This document shows, one piece after another, positions 1 to 7,916 of a stretch of DNA of 24,653 nucleotides (position 1 is its first letter; the number at the start of each line of letters is the position of its first letter). Under the pieces are notes generated by a model. That model made no database searches. It was given only the letters and a program-made list of their open reading frames with translations, and was not told where the DNA came from. A program made the position numbers and the translations under genes. The DNA is from Myxococcota bacterium (lineage in GTDB: Bacteria > Myxococcota_A > Polyangia > Polyangiales > Sandaracinaceae): assembly GCA_036149055.1 (NCBI GenBank), contig JAYZQJ010000132.1:1-24653 (forward strand), in the 5' to 3' direction.

Positions 1-96
1 AAGCCCTTCGAGCTCGAGGAGCTCCACCTCGTCATCGAGCGCGTGCTCGGCACCTCGAGCCGCGAGGCCGAAGGAGAAGAAGAAGCCGAGGGCTGA
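1..96 (+). CDS. 3' end of a response-regulator receiver-domain protein (partial)
   Basis: Frame 1 reads KPFELEELHLVIERVLGTSSREAEGEEEAEG*; KPF followed by an amphipathic helix is the typical end of a REC domain. Truncated by the window edge. Confidence 0.6.
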   Translation, partial: KPFELEELHLVIERVLGTSSREAEGEEEAEG

Positions 97-104
97 GCTG
101 AGCT

Positions 105-210
105 TTGGGGGGGGGTGGGGGGGAGCCCGACCCCGGGGGGGGGGGGGGCGGGGGGGGCGCCCGGGCGCCGCCGCCCCCGCGGGGGGGGCGGGTCCCCCCC
201 CCCCCCCCCA
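105..210. other. Poly-G/poly-C low-complexity tract, probable sequencing/assembly artefact
   Basis: Several homopolymer runs of 7 or more G or C, unlike the rest of the window; similar tract at the other window end. Confidence 0.55.
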
Positions 211-257
211 GCGAGAAGCAGCGGGAGGGGGCCCCATTGGCGCTTTGCCCAATGGGG

Positions 258-280
258 GGAGGGTTTGCACCAAACCCTCC
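258..280. terminator. Hairpin between convergent genes, possible terminator
   Basis: GGAGGGTTTG-CAC-CAAACCCTCC perfect 10-bp stem, 7 nt beyond the pilT-like stop. No canonical downstream U-tract, and the adjacent sequence is of doubtful quality. Confidence 0.3.
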
Positions 281-287
281 AATAAAC

Positions 288-1424
288 TCAGAACCGTTTG
301 CCCATCTTCAGCGCGCGGACGAGGTCGTTGGGGGACGAGGCGGCCGCGCGGGCGGTGTTCTCGTCGATCAGGCCGTCGCGCACCATCTGGATGAGCTGCT
401 GGTCGAAGGTGTGGGTGCCGTACTCGCTGGTGCCGCTCTCGAGGGCCTGGGCGAGGCCGCGGAAACGGTTGGGGTCGCGGATGCAGTCCTGCACGGTGGG
501 GGAGCGCATGAGCACCTCGGTCGCGAGGATGCGCTCCTTGGCGCCGCGGCGCTGCACGAGGCGCTGGCTGATCACCGAGGCGAGCGCGTCGGCGAGGCGC
601 TGGCGCACCGTGTCGCGGTGACCCTCGGGGTAGAAGTGGATCATCCGGCTGATCGCGCGCGCCGAGTCCTGCGCGTGAAGGGTGGAGAGCACCACGTGGC
701 CCGCCTCGGCGGCGCTGAGCGCGATGTCGAACTCCTCGGGGGTGCGGATCTCGCCGACGAAGATCCAGTCCGGGTCCTCGCGCAGCGCGCCCACCAGGCC
801 CTCGCGGATGCCGTCGACGTCGCGGCCGACCTCGCGCTGCGAGAAGGTCGAGCGGTACTCCTCGAAGAGGTACTCGATCGGGTTCTCGATGGTGACGATG
901 TGCTTGCTGCGCTCCTGGTTCACCAGCTCGAGGAGCGACGCGATGGTCGTGCTCTTGCCGTTGCCGGTCGCGCCGGTCACCAGCACGAGGCCGCGGTCGA
1001 GCGCGGTGAGGCGCTTCACCACCGGCGGGACGCGCAGGGTGGCGAAGTCGGGGATCGGCGAGGGGATGGTGCGCAGCACCAGGGCGGCGGTGTTGTTCTG
1101 CCGGTAGTAGTGCACGCGGAAGCGGCCGACGTCGGGCACCTCGCAGGCGAAGTCGCCCTGTCGCGCCTGCAGGCGCTCCTCCGGGATCTCCGCGTAGGCG
1201 GCGAGCGTGTCACGCACCAGCTCCACGAAGCGCGGCGGCAGCTCCGGGTGGTCGAGCGGGCGGAGCGCGCCCTCCATGCGCACGATGGGCGCGTGCTTGG
1301 CGCGGAGGTGCACGTCGGAGGCGCCCGCGGCGAGCGAGCCCTTCAGGATGCGGAGCAGGGCCTCGGTGACGCGCTGGATGCCGCCGCCGGACGCGCTCTC
1401 GCGGACCGTGGCCGCGACGCTCAT
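288..1424 (-). CDS. pilT: PilT/PilU-family type IV pilus retraction ATPase (378 aa)
   Basis: ASDVHL, GRFRV, Walker A GATGNGKST, Asp box TIENPIE, QREVG, LREDPD-IFVGEIR (Walker B), His box GHVVLSTLH, TFDQQL. ATG at 1424 overlaps the upstream stop (ATGA). It is a paralogue-type PilT; orthology to the main pilT is not established. Confidence 0.9.
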   Translation of the reverse strand: MSVAATVRESASGGGIQRVTEALLRILKGSLAAGASDVHLRAKHAPIVRMEGALRPLDHPELPPRFVELVRDTLAAYAEIPEERLQARQGDFACEVPDVGRFRVHYYRQNNTAALVLRTIPSPIPDFATLRVPPVVKRLTALDRGLVLVTGATGNGKSTTIASLLELVNQERSKHIVTIENPIEYLFEEYRSTFSQREVGRDVDGIREGLVGALREDPDWIFVGEIRTPEEFDIALSAAEAGHVVLSTLHAQDSARAISRMIHFYPEGHRDTVRQRLADALASVISQRLVQRRGAKERILATEVLMRSPTVQDCIRDPNRFRGLAQALESGTSEYGTHTFDQQLIQMVRDGLIDENTARAAASSPNDLVRALKMGKRF

Positions 1425-2020
1425 CCCGCCGCCGCCTTCTTCGCCTCGCGGACCTTGCCGATCGGCGCGTCGACCCGCAGGCCCTTGCGCTCGAGCACCA
1501 CCTGGCGACCGACGCGCGACTCGACGCCGACCACGAGCGGCGCCATCAGGTTCGCGGTCGGCTGGCTGCCGTCGCCGGGCACGTTGACCACCAGCGCGAT
1601 CGCCTTGTCCTCGTCGAGGTCGAGCGCGGCCCGCGCGTCCTCCACCGGGTAGCCCGGCCACGCCTCCTCGGCGTCCACCACCAGGAGCTGCACCTCTGGG
1701 TCGCGGCAGCTCACCAGGCAGCGGATCGGGTTGCCCTCGTCCAGGTCGCAGAGCACGAAGCCGTCGTGCTCGGCGAGGCCGAAGAGCCCCTCCGGGAAGC
1801 GGATCTCGGCGCCGGCCGCGACCCCCTCCTCGACCGCCTTCGCCAGCGCGGCGCGGTTCTGCTCGCTCACCCGCTCGACGAGCTCGGCGCGGTGCACCGG
1901 CAGCTCGCGCGGCGCCCGGATGCCGAGCCGCACGCGGCCCCCCGAGACGCTCACGACGGTGACCTCGATGTCGGCGCCGATCGTGATCGTCTGCCCGACC
2001 CTTCGCGTCAATGTCAACAT
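1421..2020 (-). CDS. csrA: CsrA-FliW fusion protein (199 aa)
   Basis: aa 1-58 MLTLTRRVGQTITIG...VRLGIRAP...VHRAE...EQNRAA is CsrA. From about aa 72, IRFPEGLFG...TANLMAPLVV...GRQVVL is FliW. Single uninterrupted frame. Confidence 0.9.
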   Translation of the reverse strand: MLTLTRRVGQTITIGADIEVTVVSVSGGRVRLGIRAPRELPVHRAELVERVSEQNRAALAKAVEEGVAAGAEIRFPEGLFGLAEHDGFVLCDLDEGNPIRCLVSCRDPEVQLLVVDAEEAWPGYPVEDARAALDLDEDKAIALVVNVPGDGSQPTANLMAPLVVGVESRVGRQVVLERKGLRVDAPIGKVREAKKAAAG

Positions 2021-2027
2021 GGTCTTC

Positions 2028-2906
2028 CTAACCCATCTCCGCCAGCGACGGCGGCGGCATCCTTGCCGCGATGGCCAGGGCTTCCCGGAGGGCGCCCTCG
2101 GCCTTGACGAGATCCGTGAACGACTCGACCGGGTCGGCCTCGACCAGGTCGGCGCGACGGCGGATCGCCTCGTCGCGCACCCGCTCGGCGGCGGCCGCCG
2201 CCTGCATGAGCGCCTGCTGCTGTCCCCCCGCGTTCGCCCGGCCGTTCGCGATCTGGTCGACGCTCGCCGAGAGGCCCCCGATGGAGGCGTGGATCGCGTC
2301 GCCGTCGTTGGCGCGCAGGGCCGCCTCGAGGTCGTCGAGGGCGGTGAAGGGGTTGGTCCCGCCCGAGGCGCCGAAGATGTCGGCCGCGCTGACCTGGGTC
2401 GCGAGGCGGAGGCCCGGGCCGACCTCGATCTCCTTGAGCTGCGTCTCGCCGAGGTAGGCGCCGGTCGCGTCGAAGGGCGCCCGGTCGACGCTGAGCCCGC
2501 TGAAGACGTACTCGCCCTCGATCTTGGTGTTGCCGAGGTTGAGCAGCTCGGCGCGCAGGGCCGCGATCTCGCTCGCCATCGCGCTCCGGTCGTTCGCCGA
2601 AACGTGGTCGTTGGCGCCCTGCACCGCGAGCTCGCGGGCCCGCGACATGATGTCGCCGACGTTGCCGAGCGTGTCGTCGACCGCCTGCAGCCGATCGACC
2701 GCCTCGTTGCTGATCTTCGCGACCGCGTCCGAGCGCCGCTCGCGGCTCTTGGTGCCCCGGGCGAGGCTCGCCGCCACCGGATCGTCGGACGGCTTCTCCA
2801 CCCGCATGCCCGAGGAGGCGACGCGCTGCGCCTCGAAGAGCGACTCCCGGTTGTTCGCGACGCCGCGCGTCGCGAGCTCGTGCATCATCGAATCGGATAC
2901 ACGCAT
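2028..2906 (-). CDS. flgL: Flagellar hook-filament junction protein FlgL (HAP3)
   Basis: Flagellin-like N-terminus MRVSD...SSGMRVEKPSDDPVAA, RARELAVQGAND, NTKIEGEYVFSG; 292 aa; directly downstream of flgK. Confidence 0.9.
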   Translation of the reverse strand: MRVSDSMMHELATRGVANNRESLFEAQRVASSGMRVEKPSDDPVAASLARGTKSRERRSDAVAKISNEAVDRLQAVDDTLGNVGDIMSRARELAVQGANDHVSANDRSAMASEIAALRAELLNLGNTKIEGEYVFSGLSVDRAPFDATGAYLGETQLKEIEVGPGLRLATQVSAADIFGASGGTNPFTALDDLEAALRANDGDAIHASIGGLSASVDQIANGRANAGGQQQALMQAAAAAERVRDEAIRRRADLVEADPVESFTDLVKAEGALREALAIAARMPPPSLAEMG

Positions 2907-2909
2907 CGG

Positions 2910-4304
2910 CTACCTCCCCAGGTTCACGAGCTCTTGGAGCATCGCGTCCGCCGCCTGCACCACCCGAAGCGAAGCCTGGTAGCCGCGCTGGTAGCGGCTG
3001 AGCGCGATCATCTCCTCGTCGACCGAGACCCCGGAGACGGAGTCGCGCATCGACTGGATCTGGGCCGCGGCGTCGTCCGCGAAGTCGGCGTCGAGGTGCG
3101 CGCCCCGGATCGCCTGGCCGGCCTCGCTCACCAGCGCGCCGAGCGACTCCTGCGCGGTCATGCGACCTCCGCGCGCGATGTCGGCGTCGGCGAGGGCGGC
3201 GAGCGCGAGCGCGTTCCGGTTGTCGCCGGCCGCGAGCGCCGGGTCGCTGGCCGCCGCGAGGCGATCGGGCTCGCCGAGCACGTCGGTCGAGACCGAGAAG
3301 GCGGCCGCCGCGCCGTCCACCGCCGCGATCGGCGTGAACAGGTTGCGGCCGCTGACGCCGTCGGTGCCGTAGCCGGCCGCGTGCGCCGTGTTGTAGGCGG
3401 CGGCGAAGTCGAACGCGAGCTGGTCGAGCGCGGCCTCGGAGTCGGCGAGCGCGCCGTCCCGGGCGGCGACGAGGCCGCCGAGCGCGCCGCTGTCGGCGTA
3501 CGCCGTCACGTCCTGGTCGACCCCGGAGGTCGTGCGGAACAGATGCATCGCCCCGGTCGTCGCGTCGGGCTGGGCCGAGAGCTGGGCCACCGAGCCGTCC
3601 GGGTTCACCAGCGACGGGCCGCCGCCGAGCAGCACCTGGATCGCGCCGCTGTCCTCGGCGATCACCTCCACCGGGAGCTTCTCGCCGAGCTCGCGCACGA
3701 GCTGGTCGCGCCGGTCGCGGAGATCGCTCGCCTCGCGGCCGCCGATCTCCGACTTCTGGATCTGCACGCCGAGCTCGCCGATCGAGCGCAGCGTCTCGTT
3801 GATGCCGTCGACCTCGCGCTCGATCTGGGTGTCGATGTCGGCGCGGGTCCGGTCGATCTCCTGCGCCGCCTGGTTGAAGGCGACCGCGAGCCGCTCGGCG
3901 GTGGCGAGCACCTGGCCGCGGGTCGCGGGATCCGCCGGCCGCCCGGTGAGCTCGCTGAGCGCCACCTCGAAGTCGTCGAGCGAGGCGCCGAGCCCACCCT
4001 CGACGTCGGCCAGCACCCGGTCGAGCACCGAGAGCGCCTCGCTGCGCGAGCTGGCCTCGGCCTTGGCCGCGGTCGCGCCGAGGAGCCGCCGCTCGAGGAA
4101 CTGATCCATGACCCGGCGCGATCCACGCACCGCGACGCCGCCGCCGCCGTCGGGCGGGGGGCTGATCGGATCGAAGCGCACGTCGCGCCGGGTGTAGCCG
4201 ACGGTGTTGGCGTTCTGCGCGTTCTGCGACGCGACGCCCATGCCGAAGCCCTGCGCGTGCAGGCCGGTCGCGCCGACGTTGAGGAGACCGAAGAGGCTGC
4301 TCAC
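2910..4304 (-). CDS. flgK: Flagellar hook-associated protein FlgK (HAP1)
   Basis: N-terminal LNVGATGL...SQNAQNANTVGYTRR, central DLRDRRDQLVREL, C-terminal SVSGVSVDEEMIALSRYQRGYQAS; GTG start overlaps the flgN stop. Confidence 0.95.
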   Translation of the reverse strand: MSSLFGLLNVGATGLHAQGFGMGVASQNAQNANTVGYTRRDVRFDPISPPPDGGGGVAVRGSRRVMDQFLERRLLGATAAKAEASSRSEALSVLDRVLADVEGGLGASLDDFEVALSELTGRPADPATRGQVLATAERLAVAFNQAAQEIDRTRADIDTQIEREVDGINETLRSIGELGVQIQKSEIGGREASDLRDRRDQLVRELGEKLPVEVIAEDSGAIQVLLGGGPSLVNPDGSVAQLSAQPDATTGAMHLFRTTSGVDQDVTAYADSGALGGLVAARDGALADSEAALDQLAFDFAAAYNTAHAAGYGTDGVSGRNLFTPIAAVDGAAAAFSVSTDVLGEPDRLAAASDPALAAGDNRNALALAALADADIARGGRMTAQESLGALVSEAGQAIRGAHLDADFADDAAAQIQSMRDSVSGVSVDEEMIALSRYQRGYQASLRVVQAADAMLQELVNLGR

Positions 4305-4618
4305 AGCACACCTCTCGTCAGCCGCGGGCCCTCGGGATCCTGCGCGCGTCCGTCGGCCCCGTAGCCGCCGCCCGCCTGGTCCACCCCGGCGAGCGCCCGG
4401 TGCACGAGCACGAGCTGACGCATCAGCCCGACGTTCGCGCGGGCCATCTCGGAGAGCCGCCGGAAGCGCGGCCCCTCGAGGCCGCCGGCGTCTCGCGCGC
4501 GATCGAAGAGCGCGCGCTTCTCCTCCTGCAGGGCTTCGAGCCGCTCCACGTCCGCGTCGATCGCCGCCTGGCGCTCGTGGGTGAGGAGGTCTTCGAGGTT
4601 CTGCAGGAGGTCGTCCAT
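4301..4618 (-). CDS. flgN: FlgN-like flagellar export chaperone
   Basis: 105-aa helical protein (LEDLLTHERQAAIDADVERLEALQEEK...N..L) at the canonical flgM-flgN-flgK position. Confidence 0.7.
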   Translation of the reverse strand: MDDLLQNLEDLLTHERQAAIDADVERLEALQEEKRALFDRARDAGGLEGPRFRRLSEMARANVGLMRQLVLVHRALAGVDQAGGGYGADGRAQDPEGPRLTRGVL

Positions 4619-4622
4619 GTCT

Positions 4623-4898
4623 TCAGCGCTCTTCGTCGAGCATCGCCGAGGCGATGCGGTCGGGGTCGATCCGGAACTCGCCGTCGAGGATCGCCTGCTT
4701 CAGGCGGGCCACCTTCTCGGCGTCGGGACGCTCGGGCGCGCGGAGCTCCCGCGTGGCGCGGGCCGCGTCGCTCATCTCCACCTCGGCCGCCGGGCGACCG
4801 ACCGCGCGCTCCGCCGGGGCGGACTCGCTGCTCGGGGCGCCCTTGCGCTCGCGGGTGGACTCGATCTTCGCGTAGGGGTTCTGGCCGGTGATCTTCAT
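4623..4898 (-). CDS. flgM: Anti-sigma28 factor FlgM
   Basis: 91 aa, MKI start, VEMSDAA, C-terminal EKVARLKQAILDGEFRIDPDRIASAML signature. Confidence 0.92.
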   Translation of the reverse strand: MKITGQNPYAKIESTRERKGAPSSESAPAERAVGRPAAEVEMSDAARATRELRAPERPDAEKVARLKQAILDGEFRIDPDRIASAMLDEER

Positions 4899-6118
4899 GG
4901 ATGGGTCTCCGAACCCTCATTCGGACGGTCCGAGGCGGACCTTGAGGAAAAAGATCGATTTTCTTCCGATCCGCGCACCCGCTCCGCGTCATGCACGGAA
5001 CCATTGGCGTTTTCGTGGATCGGACGCTCGGGACGCGCCCCATCTCGGGGACGTCGGAGGGCGATGATGTGGATGGAGTCGAAGCCGCCGCGCGCGTCCT
5101 CGCCGCCCGGGTTCCCGTAGCGGTTCCAGGTGCGCCGGGTGAGGTGCATGGCGCCGCGGGAGCGCCCCTCCCAGCCGTCGAACACCACCCGGGTGATGCG
5201 GCCCTGGTCGTCGTAGTCGACCTCGTGCACGCGCTCGACGATGCCCATGTGGCCGGAGCGGTCGCCGACGCTCGAGCCGGTGAGCAGGAAGGCGCGGTCG
5301 CCGCGCACCGCGGCGGAGTCGAGGCTCTCGGCGGTCTCGCCGGTCACGACCTCGCCCCAGTCGCCGCGCAGGCGCCCGGCGTCCGCGTCGGCGGTGACTC
5401 CGTCCGGGCCCATGTAGCCCCAGCCGCGGGTGCGACCGATGAGCGGGACCTCGAAGCCGGCCCGCCGCGCGAGCTCGAACGCGAAGAGGTTGCACTTGTA
5501 GGCGCCCTCGAAGCCGGCCGCGTCGCGCACGTTGAAGGTGGCGAGGCCGTCCGGGCCCTCGGTGGAGAAGTCGCTCGCGAGGTCCGCCTCGGTCAGCCGC
5601 CCCGCCCGGCCCCACTGCGAGGCCACGCCGTCGGCGCCCAGCATCTGCCGCGCCGCCGCCTGGAGCCGGCCGGTCATGCCGCCGAGCGCCGAGCCGGTGG
5701 GCGGCCGCGCCTCGAGGATCTCGCCGACGCTGCGCGGCGCGAAGGGGGTGAGCGGCCGGAGCGCGGTCCCGTTCTCCTGCTCGGCCATCCGCTGATCCAT
5801 CATGGCCCGGTACGCGGCGGGCCCCATCATCGAGCGCTCGATCGTCTGGCGCATGCCCATGCCGCCGGCCGCGGTGAGCGAGTCGGCGAAGCTCTGGTCG
5901 AAGAGGTGCGAGTACATCTGCGAGCCGGCGCCGTTGCCGAACATGCCGCCCTCGCCGCCGACCGTGCTGCGCATCACCGACACGAGCTGCTGGATCAGCA
6001 GGCCCTCGAACTGCCCGGCCGCGTCCTGGATCCGCGCCTGCCTCCGCTCGGCCTCGGTGGCCGCGTCGGGCTGGGTCGGGATGCCGGGGACCCCGGCGCC
6101 GGGCAGGCCGATGGTCAC
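4895..6118 (-). CDS. flgJ: FlgJ-like protein: N-terminal rod-binding domain plus C-terminal putative Cys/His peptidase domain (407 aa)
   Basis: GTG at 6118 overlaps the flgI stop. AAGQFEGLLIQQLVSVMRST...MYSHLFDQSFADSL..AGGMGM is the rod-binding signature; YKCNLF and GHMGIV lie in the C-terminal half; located between flgI and flgM. Confidence 0.8.
   Translation of the reverse strand: MTIGLPGAGVPGIPTQPDAATEAERRQARIQDAAGQFEGLLIQQLVSVMRSTVGGEGGMFGNGAGSQMYSHLFDQSFADSLTAAGGMGMRQTIERSMMGPAAYRAMMDQRMAEQENGTALRPLTPFAPRSVGEILEARPPTGSALGGMTGRLQAAARQMLGADGVASQWGRAGRLTEADLASDFSTEGPDGLATFNVRDAAGFEGAYKCNLFAFELARRAGFEVPLIGRTRGWGYMGPDGVTADADAGRLRGDWGEVVTGETAESLDSAAVRGDRAFLLTGSSVGDRSGHMGIVERVHEVDYDDQGRITRVVFDGWEGRSRGAMHLTRRTWNRYGNPGGEDARGGFDSIHIIALRRPRDGARPERPIHENANGSVHDAERVRGSEENRSFSSRSASDRPNEGSETHP
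4918..4945 (-). promoter_or_regulatory. Candidate sigma28 (FliA) promoter for flgM
   Basis: Minus strand TCAAG-N15-TCCGAATG, ending about 20 nt before the flgM ATG and preceded by an unusually AT-rich patch; resembles the TCAAG/TAAA...GCCGATAA consensus. Confidence 0.45.
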
Positions 6119-7227
6119 TGGACCTCGATCTCCGCGTGCAGGGCGCCGGCGGTGCGCAGCGCCTGGAAGATGGCGATGAGATCGCGCGGCCGCGCGCCGA
6201 GCGCGTTGAGCGCGTTGACCACGTCCTGGAGGCTCGCGGCCGGCCCGATGCGGCGGAGCGCGCCGCCCTCGGCCTGCACCTGCACGTCGCTCTGGTCGAC
6301 CACCGTCGTGTCGCCGTCGGCGAGCGCGTTGGGCTGCGACACCGCGGGCTGCTCGCGGATCTGCACGGTGAGCCCGCCCTGGGCCACCGCGACCTCGGTG
6401 ATGGTCACGTTCGCGCCGACCACCACCGTGCCGGTGCGCTCGTCGATCACGATCCGGGCGCGCGTCTCCGGGGTCACCTCGAGCACCTGGAGCCGGGCGA
6501 GCAGCCCCACCCGATCCTCGTTGTCGGCCTCGGGCACGGTGATGCGCACGGTGCCGGAGTCGACCGCGCGGGCCGCGCCGTCGCCGAGCTCGCCGTTGAT
6601 CGCCTCGGCCACCCGGCGGGCGGTGATGAAGCTCGGCGCGCGCAGCGTCAGCGTCAGCGGCCCCTCGGTCGACAGCCCGTTGCCGGGCACGCGCCGCTCG
6701 ACGATCGCGCCCTCGGGCACGCGGCCGGCGGTGAGGTGGTTGCGGCTCACGCTGCTGCCCGTCGCCCCGCTCGCGCCGAAGCCGCCGAGCAGGATGGGCC
6801 CCTGAGCCACCGCGTAGACGTTCCGATCCGCGCCGTAGAGCGGGACCTGCAGCAGCGTGCCGCCGGCGAGGCTCCGCGCGTTGCCGAGCGAGCTGACCGT
6901 CACGTCGATGTGCGTGCCCGGGTTGGCCGACGGCGGGAGCGTCGCGGTCACCATCACCGCCGCCGCGTTGCGCGTCTGGATCATGCGCGGATCGATGGTG
7001 GCGCCCAGCCGGCGCAGCATCGCGGCGGTCGACTGCAGGGTGAAGCGCGCCTGGCCGGTGTCGCCGGTGTTGTTGAGGCCGACGACGAGCCCGTAGCCGA
7101 CGAGCTGGTTGTCGCGCACGCCGTCGACCTCGCAGAGCTCGAGGATCCGGGCGGCGTGGGCTCGCTCGGGGGCGAGCAGCGCGAGGAGGAGGGCGGCGAT
7201 GGGGAGGAGGCGTCGCATCGTCTTCAT
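6115..7227 (-). CDS. flgI: Flagellar P-ring protein FlgI
   Basis: Signal peptide, then GVRDNQLVGYGLVVGLNNTGD, NAAAVMVTATLP, VYAVAQG, IVIDERTGTVVVG, LNALGARPRDLIAIFQALRTAGALHAEI. Start could be 7230, 7227 or 7218. Confidence 0.97.
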   Translation of the reverse strand: MKTMRRLLPIAALLLALLAPERAHAARILELCEVDGVRDNQLVGYGLVVGLNNTGDTGQARFTLQSTAAMLRRLGATIDPRMIQTRNAAAVMVTATLPPSANPGTHIDVTVSSLGNARSLAGGTLLQVPLYGADRNVYAVAQGPILLGGFGASGATGSSVSRNHLTAGRVPEGAIVERRVPGNGLSTEGPLTLTLRAPSFITARRVAEAINGELGDGAARAVDSGTVRITVPEADNEDRVGLLARLQVLEVTPETRARIVIDERTGTVVVGANVTITEVAVAQGGLTVQIREQPAVSQPNALADGDTTVVDQSDVQVQAEGGALRRIGPAASLQDVVNALNALGARPRDLIAIFQALRTAGALHAEIEVQ

Positions 7228-7916
7228 CACATCGGGTTGACGTGACCGAGGAGCTGCTGCAGCCAGCCGGGGCGCTGGTTCTGCGTGAGATCGCCGCGGC
7301 CGGAGAACTCGATCTCGGCGTCGGCGATCCGGCTCGAGGGCACGGAGTTGTCTTCCTGGATGTCCTGCGGGCGGATGACGCCCGAGACGTAGATGTGGAG
7401 CTCCTCCGCGTTGACGAGCAGCACCTTGGTGCCCTCGATGAAGAGGTCGCCGTTGGGCAGCACGCGCCGGACGCGGACCGCGATGTCCGCCTCGATGTTG
7501 CTCGAGCGTCGGGTGTTGCCGGCGCCATCGAACTGGGTCGTGCTCATCAGGTTGAGGAGCTGCGACGGGTCGAGCTCGGGGTAGGCGCCCTGGAGCGCGG
7601 CCATCAGCCCGAAGAGCCCGCCGACCCCGAAGTTGAAGTTGCTCTCGCGGTCCATCGAGGTGGCCGCGTCGCCGATCGCGCGCGGGTTCTCGTCGACCCG
7701 GATGGTCACCAGGTCGCCCACCATGCTGGCGCGGAAGTCCGCGAACAGGCCGCGGCTGCGGTCCTGCCAGAGGCTGCCGCCGGAGACCGGCGTGCTCTCC
7801 TCCTCGTAGGGCCCGGGCTCGTAGTCCCGGTGGCGCGGCGTGTACTCGCGGATGTGCGACTGCGGGTAGCAGCCCATGAGCAGCGCGAGCGAGAGGAGCG
7901 GGGCGAAGCGCTTCAC
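7227..7916 (-). CDS. flgH: Flagellar L-ring lipoprotein FlgH
   Basis: GTG start, lipobox LLMGC, GSLW, LFADFRA..VGDLVTI, VLPNGDLFIEGTK, SGVIRPQDI..DNSVPSSRIADAEI, QRPGWL. Confidence 0.96.
   Translation of the reverse strand: MKRFAPLLSLALLMGCYPQSHIREYTPRHRDYEPGPYEEESTPVSGGSLWQDRSRGLFADFRASMVGDLVTIRVDENPRAIGDAATSMDRESNFNFGVGGLFGLMAALQGAYPELDPSQLLNLMSTTQFDGAGNTRRSSNIEADIAVRVRRVLPNGDLFIEGTKVLLVNAEELHIYVSGVIRPQDIQEDNSVPSSRIADAEIEFSGRGDLTQNQRPGWLQQLLGHVNPM

Noticed and set aside
105..260. G-quadruplex or structured RNA in the poly-G/C tract (also 24561-24653)
   Set aside because: Homopolymer-rich tracts near both window ends look like low-quality base calls; they cannot be interpreted without reads.
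2028..2906. Flagellin (fliC)
   Set aside because: Position after flgK, the GEYVFSG motif and the lack of the flagellin C-terminal signature indicate FlgL.
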